From a virus (taxonomy: Duplodnaviria > Heunggongvirae > Uroviricota > Caudoviricetes), in IMG/VR virus record IMGVR_UViG_2681813145_000006: a stretch of DNA of 41,316 bases; one strand, given 5' to 3'. This document shows, in pieces, positions 1 through 10,524 of the stretch. The notes beneath the pieces are model-generated. The model was not told the DNA's origin. It ran no database searches and was given only the letters and a program-made list of their open reading frames with translations. Every line of letters starts with the position of its first letter. Position 1 is the stretch's first letter. Made by a program: the position numbers and the translations under genes.

Positions 1-582
1 TTACCCTATAGGTGCTACTGGCCATTCAATATCCGGTGCAGTTGTTGTATTAACACGGTTCAGCAACACCCGATACTTCTTCCAGGCTTCCAGCAACGAG
101 ATTTCTTCCTCCGTTGCGATTTCCAGATCTACAGCATCCTGAAGCGGCGCTATATGCTCACTGGCTACCTGCATCAGGCTGTTTTTTGTTTCTTCCGCCT
201 CCCGGATCCGGAACAGTTTTTCTGCTTCCGTATCCTTCACCCAGACTGTACCGTTCCACTTCTGAAACTCCCCTTCCGGGGATAACCAGGTGACATTTTC
301 CGGTAATGAGCCGAGTTCAGAAATAAATAACGCGTCGCCGGAAGCCACGTCATAGACCGTTTTACCACGATGGTCTTCAACGAGATGCCACGATGCCTCA
401 TCACTGTTGAAAACAGCCACGAAGCCTGCCGGAATATCTGGCGGTGCAATATCGGTACTGTTTGCAGGCAGACCTGTATGAGGCGGAATATATGCGTCAC
501 CTTCACCAATAAATTCATTAGTTCCGGCCAGCAGGTTATAAATTTTTATGGTCCGTGCTTGTTCACTCATTCTGAATGCCAT
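1..582 (-). CDS. tfa: Tail fiber assembly protein (lambda Tfa-like), 193 aa
   Basis: Complete ORF; ATG at 580-582 overlaps the stf stop by 1 nt (TAATG); size and position 3' of stf match lambda tfa. Confidence 0.8.
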   Translation of the reverse strand: MAFRMSEQARTIKIYNLLAGTNEFIGEGDAYIPPHTGLPANSTDIAPPDIPAGFVAVFNSDEASWHLVEDHRGKTVYDVASGDALFISELGSLPENVTWLSPEGEFQKWNGTVWVKDTEAEKLFRIREAEETKNSLMQVASEHIAPLQDAVDLEIATEEEISLLEAWKKYRVLLNRVNTTTAPDIEWPVAPIG

Positions 583-3500
583 TATGCGAGCCTCACAATA
601 TAGTTAAATGCGATGTTTTTGACGGTGTTTTCCGCGTTACCAGCAGCGTTAACGGTGATGGTGTGTCCATGTGAGCCAATCGCAACCGAGTGCGTATGCG
701 CACCAATACCTACAGTATGTGCATGTGCGCCAGAACTTGCTGCAGTACCAGACAGCGAGTGGGTATGAGCACCTGCTGACTGTGTCTGAATACGTTGATA
801 ATACGATCTACTGGAAGAAGTCCCCGGGCTTACTTGATACTGTGAATCCTTGACATAAGTGAACCCACCGCCATCATAAAATGCTAACGCAGAACCGCCG
901 CCTCCTGGCCAACGAATACCATTACCATGAGTATGAGCACCGGCAGACCCCGTAGAGCCACTCAGACTGTGCGTATGCGCCCCGGTGTTATTCGTGGATT
1001 TAGTGCCGTAATCAAACGACGATGTGGTTTTCGTCCCCAAATCCGTACTGGATGCGCTGGCGCTGTGGGTGTGCGATTTAATGCCGTCCTGTTCCTGAGA
1101 CAATACGGCACGACCACTGGCAGGTTTGCCCTTAATCGTCCAGCCACGCATATCAGGGATCACGCCTGACGGATAAGCGGCTGCAAGTTTCGGGTAGGCA
1201 GATTTGTCAAAAGTCTGCCCCTGCATCAGGGCATAACCAGACGGAACGGTATCTGATGGCCACGGGATTGGTGCGCCGACTGGGTAGCTTTCTGGTGGAA
1301 GATTTTTCGAGGTATAAACTTCTGCCCAGTCTTCCTCAAAACCATAGCCATCTCTTGAGGAACGGTAGAACAGACCTCCATTTCTGTAATGCGCCTTCAT
1401 CTGCAGGGTCCGGCAACTTCCGACTCCGGTATAGAAGTTAACCAGAATATAGCTGTCGCCAGAGCGGGTGACATTGTAAGCGCCTGATTCGGCATTCCAG
1501 GGAACGCCACCATCCGCATCGGCATATGTATCCGTTGCCCTTCTGGCAAAAGCAGCCACATGCGCGGCGGTTAAAGTAATATCTTTGGAACCATCAAACT
1601 CAACACCAGAAACCAGTCTTGGCGTTTGCAGCTTTGTTGCTGTTAATGCATTACCGTTCAGACTTGCGGACAGTTTGGTTCCAATAATCAGTTCGCCGGT
1701 TGCGTTATCAATAGCAAACGGTCTTAATGTATTCCAGCCACCATAAACATCACCTTGATTGGTAAGCAGCAGGTAAGTTTTAGCGCCATCATTACGCCAT
1801 AATGCACCATACTCCCCACCTATCATTCGAATCTGATTACCACCACGCGCTACAATTTCGTCTGTGGCAAAAAGTTTTTTGCACGACAAGTTATCGTTAA
1901 CGATTAACGAATGAGACTCATAAAAACCACGGCCACTCTTAAAATCAAGGATAACGTCCGCCGCGATACATTCAGTCGCTGGATTTGTTGCCCCAAACTT
2001 ATAGGTCGTATCATTAACAACGAGATCAGCACCAGGTGCGGATATTGACAGGCCATCTTCAATAAACGCAAAAACAGGGAAAGCAGCACCATCAACATAG
2101 AACACAGAGCGCAAATCATCGCCCTTATTACTCATCATTATTGAGTGGATGGCTCGTTCATTGTTTTGATATTGCCAGAACATTCCATAAGCATAACGCC
2201 CCCTGTCAGTCCAGCCACCAGGCATAACAAACCCGTTAAACTCGCAGTTATTCATCGGATCGCCTGCGGTTCGCGTTGCCGTGGTGATAATGACCCTTGA
2301 TGCCAGTTCGCTTACTGAGCCAGCAGAACGCATAACAACAACAGGGTAATATCTTCCAGATATTGCACCTGCAGGAGCGTTAACCCGCACATAACGCATA
2401 CCACGCTTATCAGCAAAGTCTGTTTTACTGACCGCGTTAATGTTGTTCAGGAAGCGTCCCTTATCGGGTATATCAGCGCCGTTCTGGTCTTTCTGCAGAC
2501 GTTTCTCTGCATTGTCATAGGCTGATTTTACTGCCTTTGGCGTTGCCGCCAGCGTTTCAGACGAACTGTTGGTCGCACTGCTGAGCTGTACTATCCCCTT
2601 TTTCGTCGTGCTCGCATCCTCAAGCGCCACGGCGGATGCAATATCCTCTGCCCGTTTTGCCGCTGTCTCAGCGCGCGTTGCTGCGGATTCCGCCGTACTT
2701 TTGCTCTGAGCTGCTGCCGTCGCACTGCCAGCTGCCTCTGTCGCCTTCGTGGATGCCGTCGTGGCGCTGCTCTTCGCTGCTGACGCCTGTCTGGTCGCCT
2801 CATCTTTTGAAGCAGACGCAGATGATGCCGATGACGCTGCCGAACTGGCGGACGATGCGGCTGCCGTTTTTGAGGATTCTGCACGGGTTTCCGACGCTTT
2901 CGCATTCGTTTCGGATGTCTTCGCTGCGGAAGCAGACCTCGCTGCTGCGCTGGCCTGTACAGCGGCTTCGCCAGCCTTCGTTGTGGCTGTTGAAGCGGAC
3001 GATGCAGCACTTTCTGCCGATTTTCCGGCGGCGGTGGCACTGGCTGAGGCCTGCCCGGCACTTGTTGACGCGGCACTGGCAGACGACGCAGCCGCTGTTT
3101 TTGAGCCTGCCGCAGCTGAGGCACTCTGTCCCGCTGCCGTTTCAGAAGCCTTGGCGTTCGTCTCGGACGTTTTTGCCGCCTTCGCAGAATTTGCTGTCGC
3201 CGTTGCCGAGGAAGCTGCGCTGCTGGCGCTCGAGGCTGCGCTCGTTTCTGATGATTTTGCCGCCTCTTTTGAAGCCGACGCATCCCGGGCTGAGGTGGCA
3301 GCTTCTGACGCTTTCGTGGTCGCGGTGGATGCTGAAGTGGCTGCTGATTGTTGTGACGCTGCCGCATTCGTTTCTGACGTTTTTGCCGCAGCGGCACTGG
3401 TGGCCGCCGCGCTTTTTGAGGACTCTGCAGCGGCAGCACTTTTTGATGCTTCAGTGGCCTTTGCTGATGCCGTTCCTGCGCTGGAAGACGCTGACTGAGC

Positions 3501-3995
3501 CGACGAAGCGGCCTGTCCGGCTGACGTGCTGGCTGCGCGTGCTGAGCCTGCAGCATCAGTCGCATGGGTTGCCGCCTCACGGGCAGATGTGCCGGCATCG
3601 CCGGCTGACTTCTTCGCGGCTGCCGTGTTCTGTGCCACTGCGGACGCGTTACGCGCCACCTCTTCCACCATCAGTTCAAAACGGCGCAGTGCCTCTGGCC
3701 GGACATCATCCTCCGTCATTGCACCGAGGAAATCATTCAGTGTGCCCGGCTTTGAGTCCTCATATACGGTGATAATCCCGGCGTGTGACGGCGGGAATCC
3801 CTCCACCAACAGACTGACGCTGTACTGACCATACTCGACGTCCATTGTGTAACGCCCGGCTTCATCCGGGTTTTCTGAGGCCACTGTGTTCACCACCACC
3901 GTGGTGCTGTTGCGCCTGGCCTTTAGCTGAATGGTGCAGTTTTGTATCGGCTTACCTGCGCCATCTTTCAGTACACCTGAAATCCGTACTGCCAT
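582..3995 (-). CDS. stf: Side tail fiber protein (lambda Stf-like), 1137 aa, with a long Ala/Ser/Thr-rich repeat tract
   Basis: ATG at 3993-3995; N-terminus [12 protein letters not shown]...[19 protein letters not shown] and C-terminal His-rich GAHTHSLSG / GIGAHTHSV motifs resemble lambda Stf as recalled. Confidence 0.85.
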   Translation of the reverse strand: MAVRISGVLKDGAGKPIQNCTIQLKARRNSTTVVVNTVASENPDEAGRYTMDVEYGQYSVSLLVEGFPPSHAGIITVYEDSKPGTLNDFLGAMTEDDVRPEALRRFELMVEEVARNASAVAQNTAAAKKSAGDAGTSAREAATHATDAAGSARAASTSAGQAASSAQSASSSAGTASAKATEASKSAAAAESSKSAAATSAAAAKTSETNAAASQQSAATSASTATTKASEAATSARDASASKEAAKSSETSAASSASSAASSATATANSAKAAKTSETNAKASETAAGQSASAAAGSKTAAASSASAASTSAGQASASATAAGKSAESAASSASTATTKAGEAAVQASAAARSASAAKTSETNAKASETRAESSKTAAASSASSAASSASSASASKDEATRQASAAKSSATTASTKATEAAGSATAAAQSKSTAESAATRAETAAKRAEDIASAVALEDASTTKKGIVQLSSATNSSSETLAATPKAVKSAYDNAEKRLQKDQNGADIPDKGRFLNNINAVSKTDFADKRGMRYVRVNAPAGAISGRYYPVVVMRSAGSVSELASRVIITTATRTAGDPMNNCEFNGFVMPGGWTDRGRYAYGMFWQYQNNERAIHSIMMSNKGDDLRSVFYVDGAAFPVFAFIEDGLSISAPGADLVVNDTTYKFGATNPATECIAADVILDFKSGRGFYESHSLIVNDNLSCKKLFATDEIVARGGNQIRMIGGEYGALWRNDGAKTYLLLTNQGDVYGGWNTLRPFAIDNATGELIIGTKLSASLNGNALTATKLQTPRLVSGVEFDGSKDITLTAAHVAAFARRATDTYADADGGVPWNAESGAYNVTRSGDSYILVNFYTGVGSCRTLQMKAHYRNGGLFYRSSRDGYGFEEDWAEVYTSKNLPPESYPVGAPIPWPSDTVPSGYALMQGQTFDKSAYPKLAAAYPSGVIPDMRGWTIKGKPASGRAVLSQEQDGIKSHTHSASASSTDLGTKTTSSFDYGTKSTNNTGAHTHSLSGSTGSAGAHTHGNGIRWPGGGGSALAFYDGGGFTYVKDSQYQVSPGTSSSRSYYQRIQTQSAGAHTHSLSGTAASSGAHAHTVGIGAHTHSVAIGSHGHTITVNAAGNAENTVKNIAFNYIVRLA

Positions 3996-4004
3996 ATTCC
4001 CCCC

Positions 4005-4033
4005 ACAAAAAAGCCCGCCTGAACCGGCGGGCT
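4005..4033 (-). terminator. Rho-independent terminator between lom and stf
   Basis: Perfect 8-bp stem AGCCCGCC/GGCGGGCT (4012-4019 / 4026-4033), 6-nt loop, A-run on plus strand 4005-4011 gives a U-tract on the minus transcript. Confidence 0.6.
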
Positions 4034-4059
4034 GTCATAACACTGTGTTACCTGGCTAA

Positions 4060-4659
4060 TCAGAATTTATAACCGACACCAACGATGAAACTGTTGGTAC
4101 GCCAGTCACCGCTGCCGGAGCCTTCATAAGCGACGTCAACGGCCACGGATTCGGTCGGGTTAAACTGCACGCCAGCTCCCCACGCCAGAGACGTGTTGCT
4201 GTGGCGACCGTCATCACTTCCGGTCAGCACATCGTGCGTTTTCCCCTTGTTGTCAGTTACGCGGATATAATCCCCGGAGAAAGTCGACACACGGCTGTAA
4301 GCCATACCCGCCATCGCATACGCGCTGAACCATTCATTCACGCGCACAGACGGCCCCGCCATCACGCTGAACCAGCGATTACGCACGGAATCCTCATGCC
4401 AGCGGGTATCGCTGTAATGCGTTTTTTGCTCATCTTCAGCGTTGGCATAACTGAATGACGTAATCAGCCCCAGCGTGTCCGTAAACTCATAACGGTATTT
4501 CACGTTAATCCCGTTCAGATTTTCGCTGCCGGGAGCGTTCGTACGGGCATGAAGATACCCTGCGCTCAGTGTGGCCTGCTGCTCAGACGCCCATGCAGGC
4601 GCACCGGATACGGCCAGACAGATGGCTGCGGACAAAATGGCTGCACAAACTTTACGCAT
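4060..4659 (-). CDS. lom: Outer membrane protein Lom (Ail/Lom family), 199 aa
   Basis: ATG at 4657-4659 preceded by GAGG; signal peptide then beta-barrel-like sequence ending in ...GYKF; position between J and stf as in lambda. Confidence 0.85.
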   Translation of the reverse strand: MRKVCAAILSAAICLAVSGAPAWASEQQATLSAGYLHARTNAPGSENLNGINVKYRYEFTDTLGLITSFSYANAEDEQKTHYSDTRWHEDSVRNRWFSVMAGPSVRVNEWFSAYAMAGMAYSRVSTFSGDYIRVTDNKGKTHDVLTGSDDGRHSNTSLAWGAGVQFNPTESVAVDVAYEGSGSGDWRTNSFIVGVGYKF

Positions 4660-4683
4660 AATTACCTCTCGCTTTTCTGCAAT

Positions 4684-4708
4684 AAAAAAGGCGCCATTTC
4701 TGGCGCCC
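4684..4708 (-). terminator. Rho-independent terminator downstream of J
   Basis: 7-bp stem GGCGCCA/TGGCGCC (4690-4696 / 4701-4707), loop TTTC, A-run 4684-4689 gives a U-tract on the minus transcript. Confidence 0.6.
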
Positions 4709-4726
4709 GTATATGGGTTATAAAAT

Positions 4727-7700
4727 TCAGCTGATACTGATGCCTGCGGTGGCTTTCTTCATCACCACAACCAGCAAATCGCTGATACTTGCTGTGGGAT
4801 ACCAGTCATTTACCAGCCATGCTGACACCGAAAACTCCAGCGTCATGTGGCCGTGACCAGCTGGCATATCAATAACACCACTGTAAATCAGCGTATTATC
4901 CAGCGCGGTACGGTTATAAATTTCAGCACCATTTTTCTTCACTATCAGGCGGCATGAGGAGTAAATATCAGTATGCTCTCTCTCATGTTTAGCACCGCTG
5001 AATGCCACCGCCGGAATAACAATCTGCCGGTCAAACGGCTGATCGTCATAAATCCTGACGGTAATGGTCCCTGATGGCCACCGTTCCGGTGCACGGGAGT
5101 CCCGGGGGAAAGCTTTGCCCACTGTTTTAACGAGATCGCCTTCAATCTGGTTCGCGGACAGTTTTCCCAGAACCCGACAGTTCTCGTTAATCGTGACGTT
5201 GTTGAGCGTCCCGGAGTTCGCATTCACGTTACCGCTGATATCGGCATTTTTCGCCGTCAGCCGCCCATCCGGTGTCAGGGAAAATGCCGGTGGATTTCCA
5301 CCACTGGTAATGGTGGGGGCCGTCAGGCGTTTCAGGAACACGTCGTTCATGAATATCTGATTGCCCTGCGCCACAAACATCGGCGTTTCATTCCCGTTTG
5401 CCGGGTCAATAAACGCGATACGGTTAGCGGCAACCAGAAACTGGCTCAGTTTGCCTTCCTCCGTGTCCTCCATACTGAGGCCAATACCCGCGACATAATG
5501 TTTGCCGTCTTTGGTCTGCTCAATTTTGACAGCCCACATGGCATTCCATTTATCGTTGGCATCCTTCCACTCTTTCGAAAACTGCTCCAGTTTGCTGGCG
5601 TTATCCTCCGTCAGGTCGACTTTTTCCAGCAGCTCTTTACCAAGATGGGATTCGGTTATCTTGCCTTTGAAAAAATCCAGGTAACCTTCCGCATCATCGC
5701 TCGCCCGACCGACGGCCTCCACGAATGCCGATTTGCCAACGGTGTTCACACTGCGGATATAAAAGTAATAATCATGGCCCGGTTTGATATTGATACTGGC
5801 GGCTATCCAGTACAGCCCCGTGCCAAGGTAGCGGGCTGTGGTTTCAACCTGCCTGATATCGGTAATCCGCGTTTCCGAGAACCAGAACTCAAATTGTACC
5901 GTCGGATCATAAACCGCAAGATGCGGCGTGGCGGTTATCTGAAAATAGCCCGGTGTCAGCTCAATCCGAGACGGCGCTGCCGGTGCGGCAATCCGGAACG
6001 ATACCGATGCCGGCTCGCCCTGCTGTCCCCACGCATTTACAGCCCGGACAGTCAGCCTGTAGTTCCCCAGCGCCAGTTGCGTGAAGCGGTATGTGGTTTC
6101 CGTCGTCCGGGCCGTGCTGACCAGCCGCTCACTGCCGTCATCCGCTGTTACGGTCAGACGGAGCAGGAAGCTCACGCCCTTCACCACCTTCGGCGTGTCC
6201 CAGCGCGCCAGCACCTGATATTCCCCGCTGTCTGCGGTGACTTCGGCGGTCAGGTGCTGCACCGCTGGCGGCGTGACACCATTCACCGTGCCGCTCTGGT
6301 CGCCGTCAAAGTGCGCCCCGTTATCCACGATGGCCTCTTTTTCCGGTACATGCTGCACGGCAGTGATGGCATACGTGCCGTCATCGTTCTCACGGATACT
6401 CACACAGCGGAACAGGCGCTGGCGCAACGTCGGCAACTTCAGCCCCCACACGCTGTATTCAGCAACGCCGTCAGGAACCCGGCTCACTTTCACCTTCACG
6501 CCGTCGGTGACGGACTGAACCTCCACGCTGACCGGATTGCCATTTCCGTCAACCAGGCTTATCAGCGTGGTGCCGGAGGATGGCAGCGTGATTTCACGGT
6601 CGAGCGTCAGCGTCCGGGTCTGGCTGTTCACCGCCAGCACGCGACCACCGGTGCTGATACCGGCATAGTCATCATCGCAGATTTCAATGACATCGCCCGG
6701 CACATGGCGAAGCCCTTCAGCACCCACGCTGAAGTCCACGGTCTGCGTTTCCAGCAGCTCCGTTTTAATCAGCCACAGCCCGGCTCGGTGTGCCTGCCCC
6801 CGGCTGGTACAGCCAAAGGCATCCATTTTCGTGACGTTACGACCGTAACGGGCAATGGCCTGCGTATCCTCCACAAGCTCTGTCGCCGTCTCCCAGCCGT
6901 TATTCGGGTCAATCCAGTTCACCTCAACGGCATTATGGCGGTCCTTCAGGGCGCTGAAGCTGTAGCGGAACGGCGCACCATCATCCGGCATCACCACATT
7001 ACTGCGGTTATAGGTCCACACCTTATCTGATGGCCGGTCCTGCACGAACGTCAGCGTCTGCCCGTTCCATACCGGCATACAGCGCATCGCCGAGCAGAAA
7101 TCACTGAGCACATCCCACGCCTTGCGCTGTGTGGTCAGGTACGCATTACAGGTGATGCGCGGCTCCGTGCCGCCAAAGCCGTCCGGCACTGACTGGTCGC
7201 AGTACTGGCCGATGACATACAGCGCCCATTTATCCACATCCGCCGCACCAAGACGTTTCCCCATGCCGTAGCGCGGATGGGTCAGCATATCCCACAGACA
7301 CCAGGCCATGTTGTTGCTGTATGCCGGTTTAAACGTTCCGTCCCAGATACCGCTGTATTGCCGCGTCTGCGGGTTATAATTCGACGGCACCTGCAGAATA
7401 CGCCCGCGCAGATGATAATTACGGCTCACCTGCTGGCTGCCGAACTGCTCCGAGTCCACCTGCACGCCGACCAGTGCCGTGTTCGGGTAGCACTGTTTCA
7501 CATCGATGATTTCGGTGTATGACGACCAGAGCGTTTTGTTCTGCAGCTGGTCTGTGGTGCTGTCCGGCGTCATCCTGCGCATCCGTATATTGAACGGGCG
7601 CGGCGGCAGGTTACCCACCACCACCGAGGCCAGATACTGCGAGGTGGTTTTGCCCTTAATGGTGATGTCTTTTTCCGTCACCCAGCCACCATTACGCTGT

Positions 7701-8122
7701 ATCTGAACCAGCAGGCGGACTTCCGACGGATTCCTGTCCCCCTTTGAGGTGGTTTCCACCAGTGCCTGCACGCCGAAGGTAAAACGCAGTCGGTCAATGT
7801 TTGCCGACGTGATGGTCCGGGTGATCGGCGTGTCGTATTTCACTTCCGTACCCAGCACCGTCTCGGAGCCGGAGGATTCAAATCCCTCCGGCGGTGTCTG
7901 CTCCTGCTCACCGGCCCGGAACACCACCGTGACGCCGGAGATGTTGGTATTCCCCTCACTGTCCAGCACTGGCGTACTGTTCAGCAGCACGCTTTTTAAT
8001 CCATCCACCGGACCTTCAATCGGCCCTTCGCTGATGGCATCAATCACACTCAGCAGCTGCGTGGATTTCAGGTTGTCCTTCGCTTCGCGCGGGGTATGCC
8101 CCTTACTGCTGCCTTTACCCAT
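4727..8122 (-). CDS. J: Tail tip / host specificity protein J, 1131 aa
   Basis: ATG at 8120-8122; length matches lambda J (1132 aa); N-terminus [18 protein letters not shown]...; follows I in the lambda order. Confidence 0.9.
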   Translation of the reverse strand: MGKGSSKGHTPREAKDNLKSTQLLSVIDAISEGPIEGPVDGLKSVLLNSTPVLDSEGNTNISGVTVVFRAGEQEQTPPEGFESSGSETVLGTEVKYDTPITRTITSANIDRLRFTFGVQALVETTSKGDRNPSEVRLLVQIQRNGGWVTEKDITIKGKTTSQYLASVVVGNLPPRPFNIRMRRMTPDSTTDQLQNKTLWSSYTEIIDVKQCYPNTALVGVQVDSEQFGSQQVSRNYHLRGRILQVPSNYNPQTRQYSGIWDGTFKPAYSNNMAWCLWDMLTHPRYGMGKRLGAADVDKWALYVIGQYCDQSVPDGFGGTEPRITCNAYLTTQRKAWDVLSDFCSAMRCMPVWNGQTLTFVQDRPSDKVWTYNRSNVVMPDDGAPFRYSFSALKDRHNAVEVNWIDPNNGWETATELVEDTQAIARYGRNVTKMDAFGCTSRGQAHRAGLWLIKTELLETQTVDFSVGAEGLRHVPGDVIEICDDDYAGISTGGRVLAVNSQTRTLTLDREITLPSSGTTLISLVDGNGNPVSVEVQSVTDGVKVKVSRVPDGVAEYSVWGLKLPTLRQRLFRCVSIRENDDGTYAITAVQHVPEKEAIVDNGAHFDGDQSGTVNGVTPPAVQHLTAEVTADSGEYQVLARWDTPKVVKGVSFLLRLTVTADDGSERLVSTARTTETTYRFTQLALGNYRLTVRAVNAWGQQGEPASVSFRIAAPAAPSRIELTPGYFQITATPHLAVYDPTVQFEFWFSETRITDIRQVETTARYLGTGLYWIAASINIKPGHDYYFYIRSVNTVGKSAFVEAVGRASDDAEGYLDFFKGKITESHLGKELLEKVDLTEDNASKLEQFSKEWKDANDKWNAMWAVKIEQTKDGKHYVAGIGLSMEDTEEGKLSQFLVAANRIAFIDPANGNETPMFVAQGNQIFMNDVFLKRLTAPTITSGGNPPAFSLTPDGRLTAKNADISGNVNANSGTLNNVTINENCRVLGKLSANQIEGDLVKTVGKAFPRDSRAPERWPSGTITVRIYDDQPFDRQIVIPAVAFSGAKHEREHTDIYSSCRLIVKKNGAEIYNRTALDNTLIYSGVIDMPAGHGHMTLEFSVSAWLVNDWYPTASISDLLVVVMKKATAGISIS

Positions 8123-8182
8123 TCGTCATGCTCCATAAACGATAAAACCGCCCGGAGGCGGTTTCACATAAAACGTTTTTCA

Positions 8183-8824
8183 TCAGCGACCAATCACCAC
8201 AACCTGACCACCATCACCTTCATCTGCTGTGCTGATCTCCTGAGATACCACACGTGATCCCACGCGCATTTCACCGTACAGAACGGGCAGAACATTGCCC
8301 TGGGCAACCATATTATCCAGTGAAGAAAAATAGGTGTTCTGTTTGCCGTTATCCGTTGTCTGTGTGCGGGGGGTTTTGGGTTTAGGGGCCAGCATCTGTG
8401 CAACACCGCCAAGCGTCATACTGGCACCGAGAGAAAACAGCAGATTACTCGCCATAATTCCTACCCCCGGCATCCATATAGCAACCGCCATAACAGCCGC
8501 CCCCAGCACAGCCTGAAACACACCGCCACTTTTGGCTCCTGCCAGACGCGGCACGATATGGATCACAGCACCATTTGCCAGCGGTTCATTAAGACGGGCT
8601 GATAATTCCGTTTCACCTGTATCACGCCCGGCAATGCGTACCTGATACCAGCCGTCGCTCAGCTTCTGACGAAACGCCGGGATCTGCATGGCCAGCGCCC
8701 GGATGGCTTCGGCCCCCGTTTTCACACGCAGATCGATGCGGCGGACAAATCGTTGTAAATCCCCGTAAAGGCAGATGCGTGCCATGCCTGGTGACGCCAG
8801 AGGGAGTGTGTGCGTCGCTGCCAT
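8183..8824 (-). CDS. I: Tail assembly protein I, 213 aa
   Basis: ATG at 8822-8824; overlaps the end of K by about 100 nt, as I recall for lambda K/I; C-terminus ...ISTADEGDGGQVVVIGR. Confidence 0.75.
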   Translation of the reverse strand: MAATHTLPLASPGMARICLYGDLQRFVRRIDLRVKTGAEAIRALAMQIPAFRQKLSDGWYQVRIAGRDTGETELSARLNEPLANGAVIHIVPRLAGAKSGGVFQAVLGAAVMAVAIWMPGVGIMASNLLFSLGASMTLGGVAQMLAPKPKTPRTQTTDNGKQNTYFSSLDNMVAQGNVLPVLYGEMRVGSRVVSQEISTADEGDGGQVVVIGR

Positions 8825-9321
8825 TTGTCGGTATACCTCTCTCGTTTGCTCAGTTGTTCAGGAATATGGTGCAGCAGCTCGCCGTCACCACAGTAAATGG
8901 CGGCATGATTCGGCACCGATGAACCAAAACAGCACAGCAGCACATCGCCCGGCTGCGCCGCTGACAACGGCACCTGATACAGCCCTGTGGCCTCCAGATT
9001 ATCCAGATAGAGATTCTGACCGTGACGCCACCAGTTATCCCCGCGATGAAAATCCGGCATCTCAATTCCCGCCAGATGGTAAGCGTCCCGGAACAGCGTG
9101 TAACAGTCCGTCACCCCGTGCTCAAAGCGCCGCCCGGTGAGATGCGGCACACAGCGGAATTTATGAATCGCCCCCCGGCAGACCAGCCACCACGGCAAAT
9201 CACTCTGTACCTGCAGCCGCCGGTCGGCCTCACTCAGCCAGGGCAGACCACCGGGGTGGCTGTGGACCAGCGCCACAATCTCACCCTGCATTTCTGCCTG
9301 CAGCCAGTCTTCCGGCGACAT
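8722..9321 (-). CDS. K: Tail assembly protein K (MPN/JAB motif HSHP plus NlpC/P60-like region), 199 aa from ATG at 9319-9321
   Basis: The 199-aa form starting MSPEDWLQ reproduces the lambda length and the 148-nt L-K spacing I recall; the frame stays open upstream to an ATG at 9463-9465 (MTETES..., 247 aa), which is an alternative start. Confidence 0.7.
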   Translation of the reverse strand: MSPEDWLQAEMQGEIVALVHSHPGGLPWLSEADRRLQVQSDLPWWLVCRGAIHKFRCVPHLTGRRFEHGVTDCYTLFRDAYHLAGIEMPDFHRGDNWWRHGQNLYLDNLEATGLYQVPLSAAQPGDVLLCCFGSSVPNHAAIYCGDGELLHHIPEQLSKRERYTDKWQRRTHSLWRHQAWHASAFTGIYNDLSAASICV

Positions 9322-9469
9322 ACGGAAATACGCCTCCGGCTCACCGGAGATATTCACGCAGGGGAAATATCTTTCCCCCTCCGGCGTGCTTACCACGAAG
9401 CCGCACGACTCCGCTGGCGCACATCGCCGGGCGTGCGCCAGAATCGCTGATTCTGTCTCTGTCATGGGT

Positions 9470-10168
9470 TTACTGCGAAAGTTTGTTAATGGAAAGGTAG
9501 CCGCCAAAATTGCCGACGTTATTGCGGAACTTGCAACCACTCAGGCATTTGCTGCACTTATCCTTCGTGATATCGGACGTTGGCTGGTCATATTCATCCG
9601 CGACCGCCGGGCCATCATAACCGCACTCATCGCCGCGGTAGATCCAGGTGCAGGTGTTGGCCAGCATGATGCGCCCCGGAAAAACAGCGCCATCCGTTTC
9701 CGTCGGTGTGGACAGCACAAAAGAGGCACTGACCGCGCTCAGTTCGCTGCACTGTTCGATGCGCCAGCGGCTGATCACCTCCTGCTCCGGATCGGCGTCA
9801 CTGTTTCCGTTGACGAAGTTCACCGCATCCAGAAAACGGGCGTAAACCTTACGCCGGACCACCGTTCCGCCGACCAGACTCTGCAGATCTTCCGCCATCC
9901 CGGTGACCATGCCGTACAGATTAGAGACTTTAAGCGTTGGCCTTGCACTGGCTCCTTTGCCGTTCATCTCAAATCCGCTTCCCTGAATGGGATAAGCCTG
10001 ATACTGCCGCCCCTGCCAGGTGACTGGTTCACCTTTTTCGTTCTGCTCATTACAGAAGAAATAACGATCTCCGCCGACCTCTGTCAGATCAATTTCCCAG
10101 AGCACGACCAGCGCGGATTGCTCCGTTTTAGTGCACTCATTGAGTGTTTCCTGCTGTATATCCTGCAT
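9470..10168 (-). CDS. L: Minor tail protein L, 232 aa
   Basis: ATG at 10166-10168; length identical to lambda L; synteny M-L-K-I-J. Confidence 0.85.
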   Translation of the reverse strand: MQDIQQETLNECTKTEQSALVVLWEIDLTEVGGDRYFFCNEQNEKGEPVTWQGRQYQAYPIQGSGFEMNGKGASARPTLKVSNLYGMVTGMAEDLQSLVGGTVVRRKVYARFLDAVNFVNGNSDADPEQEVISRWRIEQCSELSAVSASFVLSTPTETDGAVFPGRIMLANTCTWIYRGDECGYDGPAVADEYDQPTSDITKDKCSKCLSGCKFRNNVGNFGGYLSINKLSQ

Positions 10169-10524
10169 CAGTGAGGGACCTCTTCAAAGGTACAGTTAAA
10201 ATCGGTATACATGGCATTATCCGAAATGCTCCACTCCCTGCAGACAACCCGGACAGTCCTGTTGTGTTTTGGCGGACGCCACAAAAAAGCACGAATCCCG
10301 GCATGACGGGATAAAAAACTGTCCAGCGCGGCACGGGAATATTCATCTGTGACACGAAATACCGGTTTAAACGTTTTCAGATCCGCATTCAGACCACCAG
10401 CCCGTCGCTGTTCATATCCGTCACCAAACTTTACCGTAATAACTGATGGCTTTCGTGTCGTCTCCATCCCCTCACGGGGGATCCAGTTAAAAACTTCAGG
10501 CTCAGGCACTGTACAATCCTCCAT
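10168..10524 (-). CDS. M: Minor tail protein M, about 118 aa
   Basis: The listed ORF begins at a TTG; the first in-frame ATG (10522-10524, MEDCTVPEPEVFNW...) fits lambda M (F-x-W...PSV...FGDGY); overlaps the H stop by 23 nt. Confidence 0.65.
   Translation of the reverse strand: MEDCTVPEPEVFNWIPREGMETTRKPSVITVKFGDGYEQRRAGGLNADLKTFKPVFRVTDEYSRAALDSFLSRHAGIRAFLWRPPKHNRTVRVVCREWSISDNAMYTDFNCTFEEVPH

Noticed and set aside
2591-3772. Three long alternative-frame ORFs (2591-3598 minus, 2636-3772 plus, 2749-3498 plus) inside stf
   Set aside because: They are products of the GC-rich tandem repeat tract; translations are homopolymer-like; the stf frame is continuous and matches lambda Stf at both ends.
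5498-7030. 510-aa plus-strand ORF
   Set aside because: Lies entirely antisense to the J gene; Arg/Pro/Gly-rich low-complexity translation typical of a GC-rich antisense frame; no ribosome binding site.
9386-10174. 262-aa plus-strand ORF
   Set aside because: Antisense to L and K, which have clear lambda-like products.
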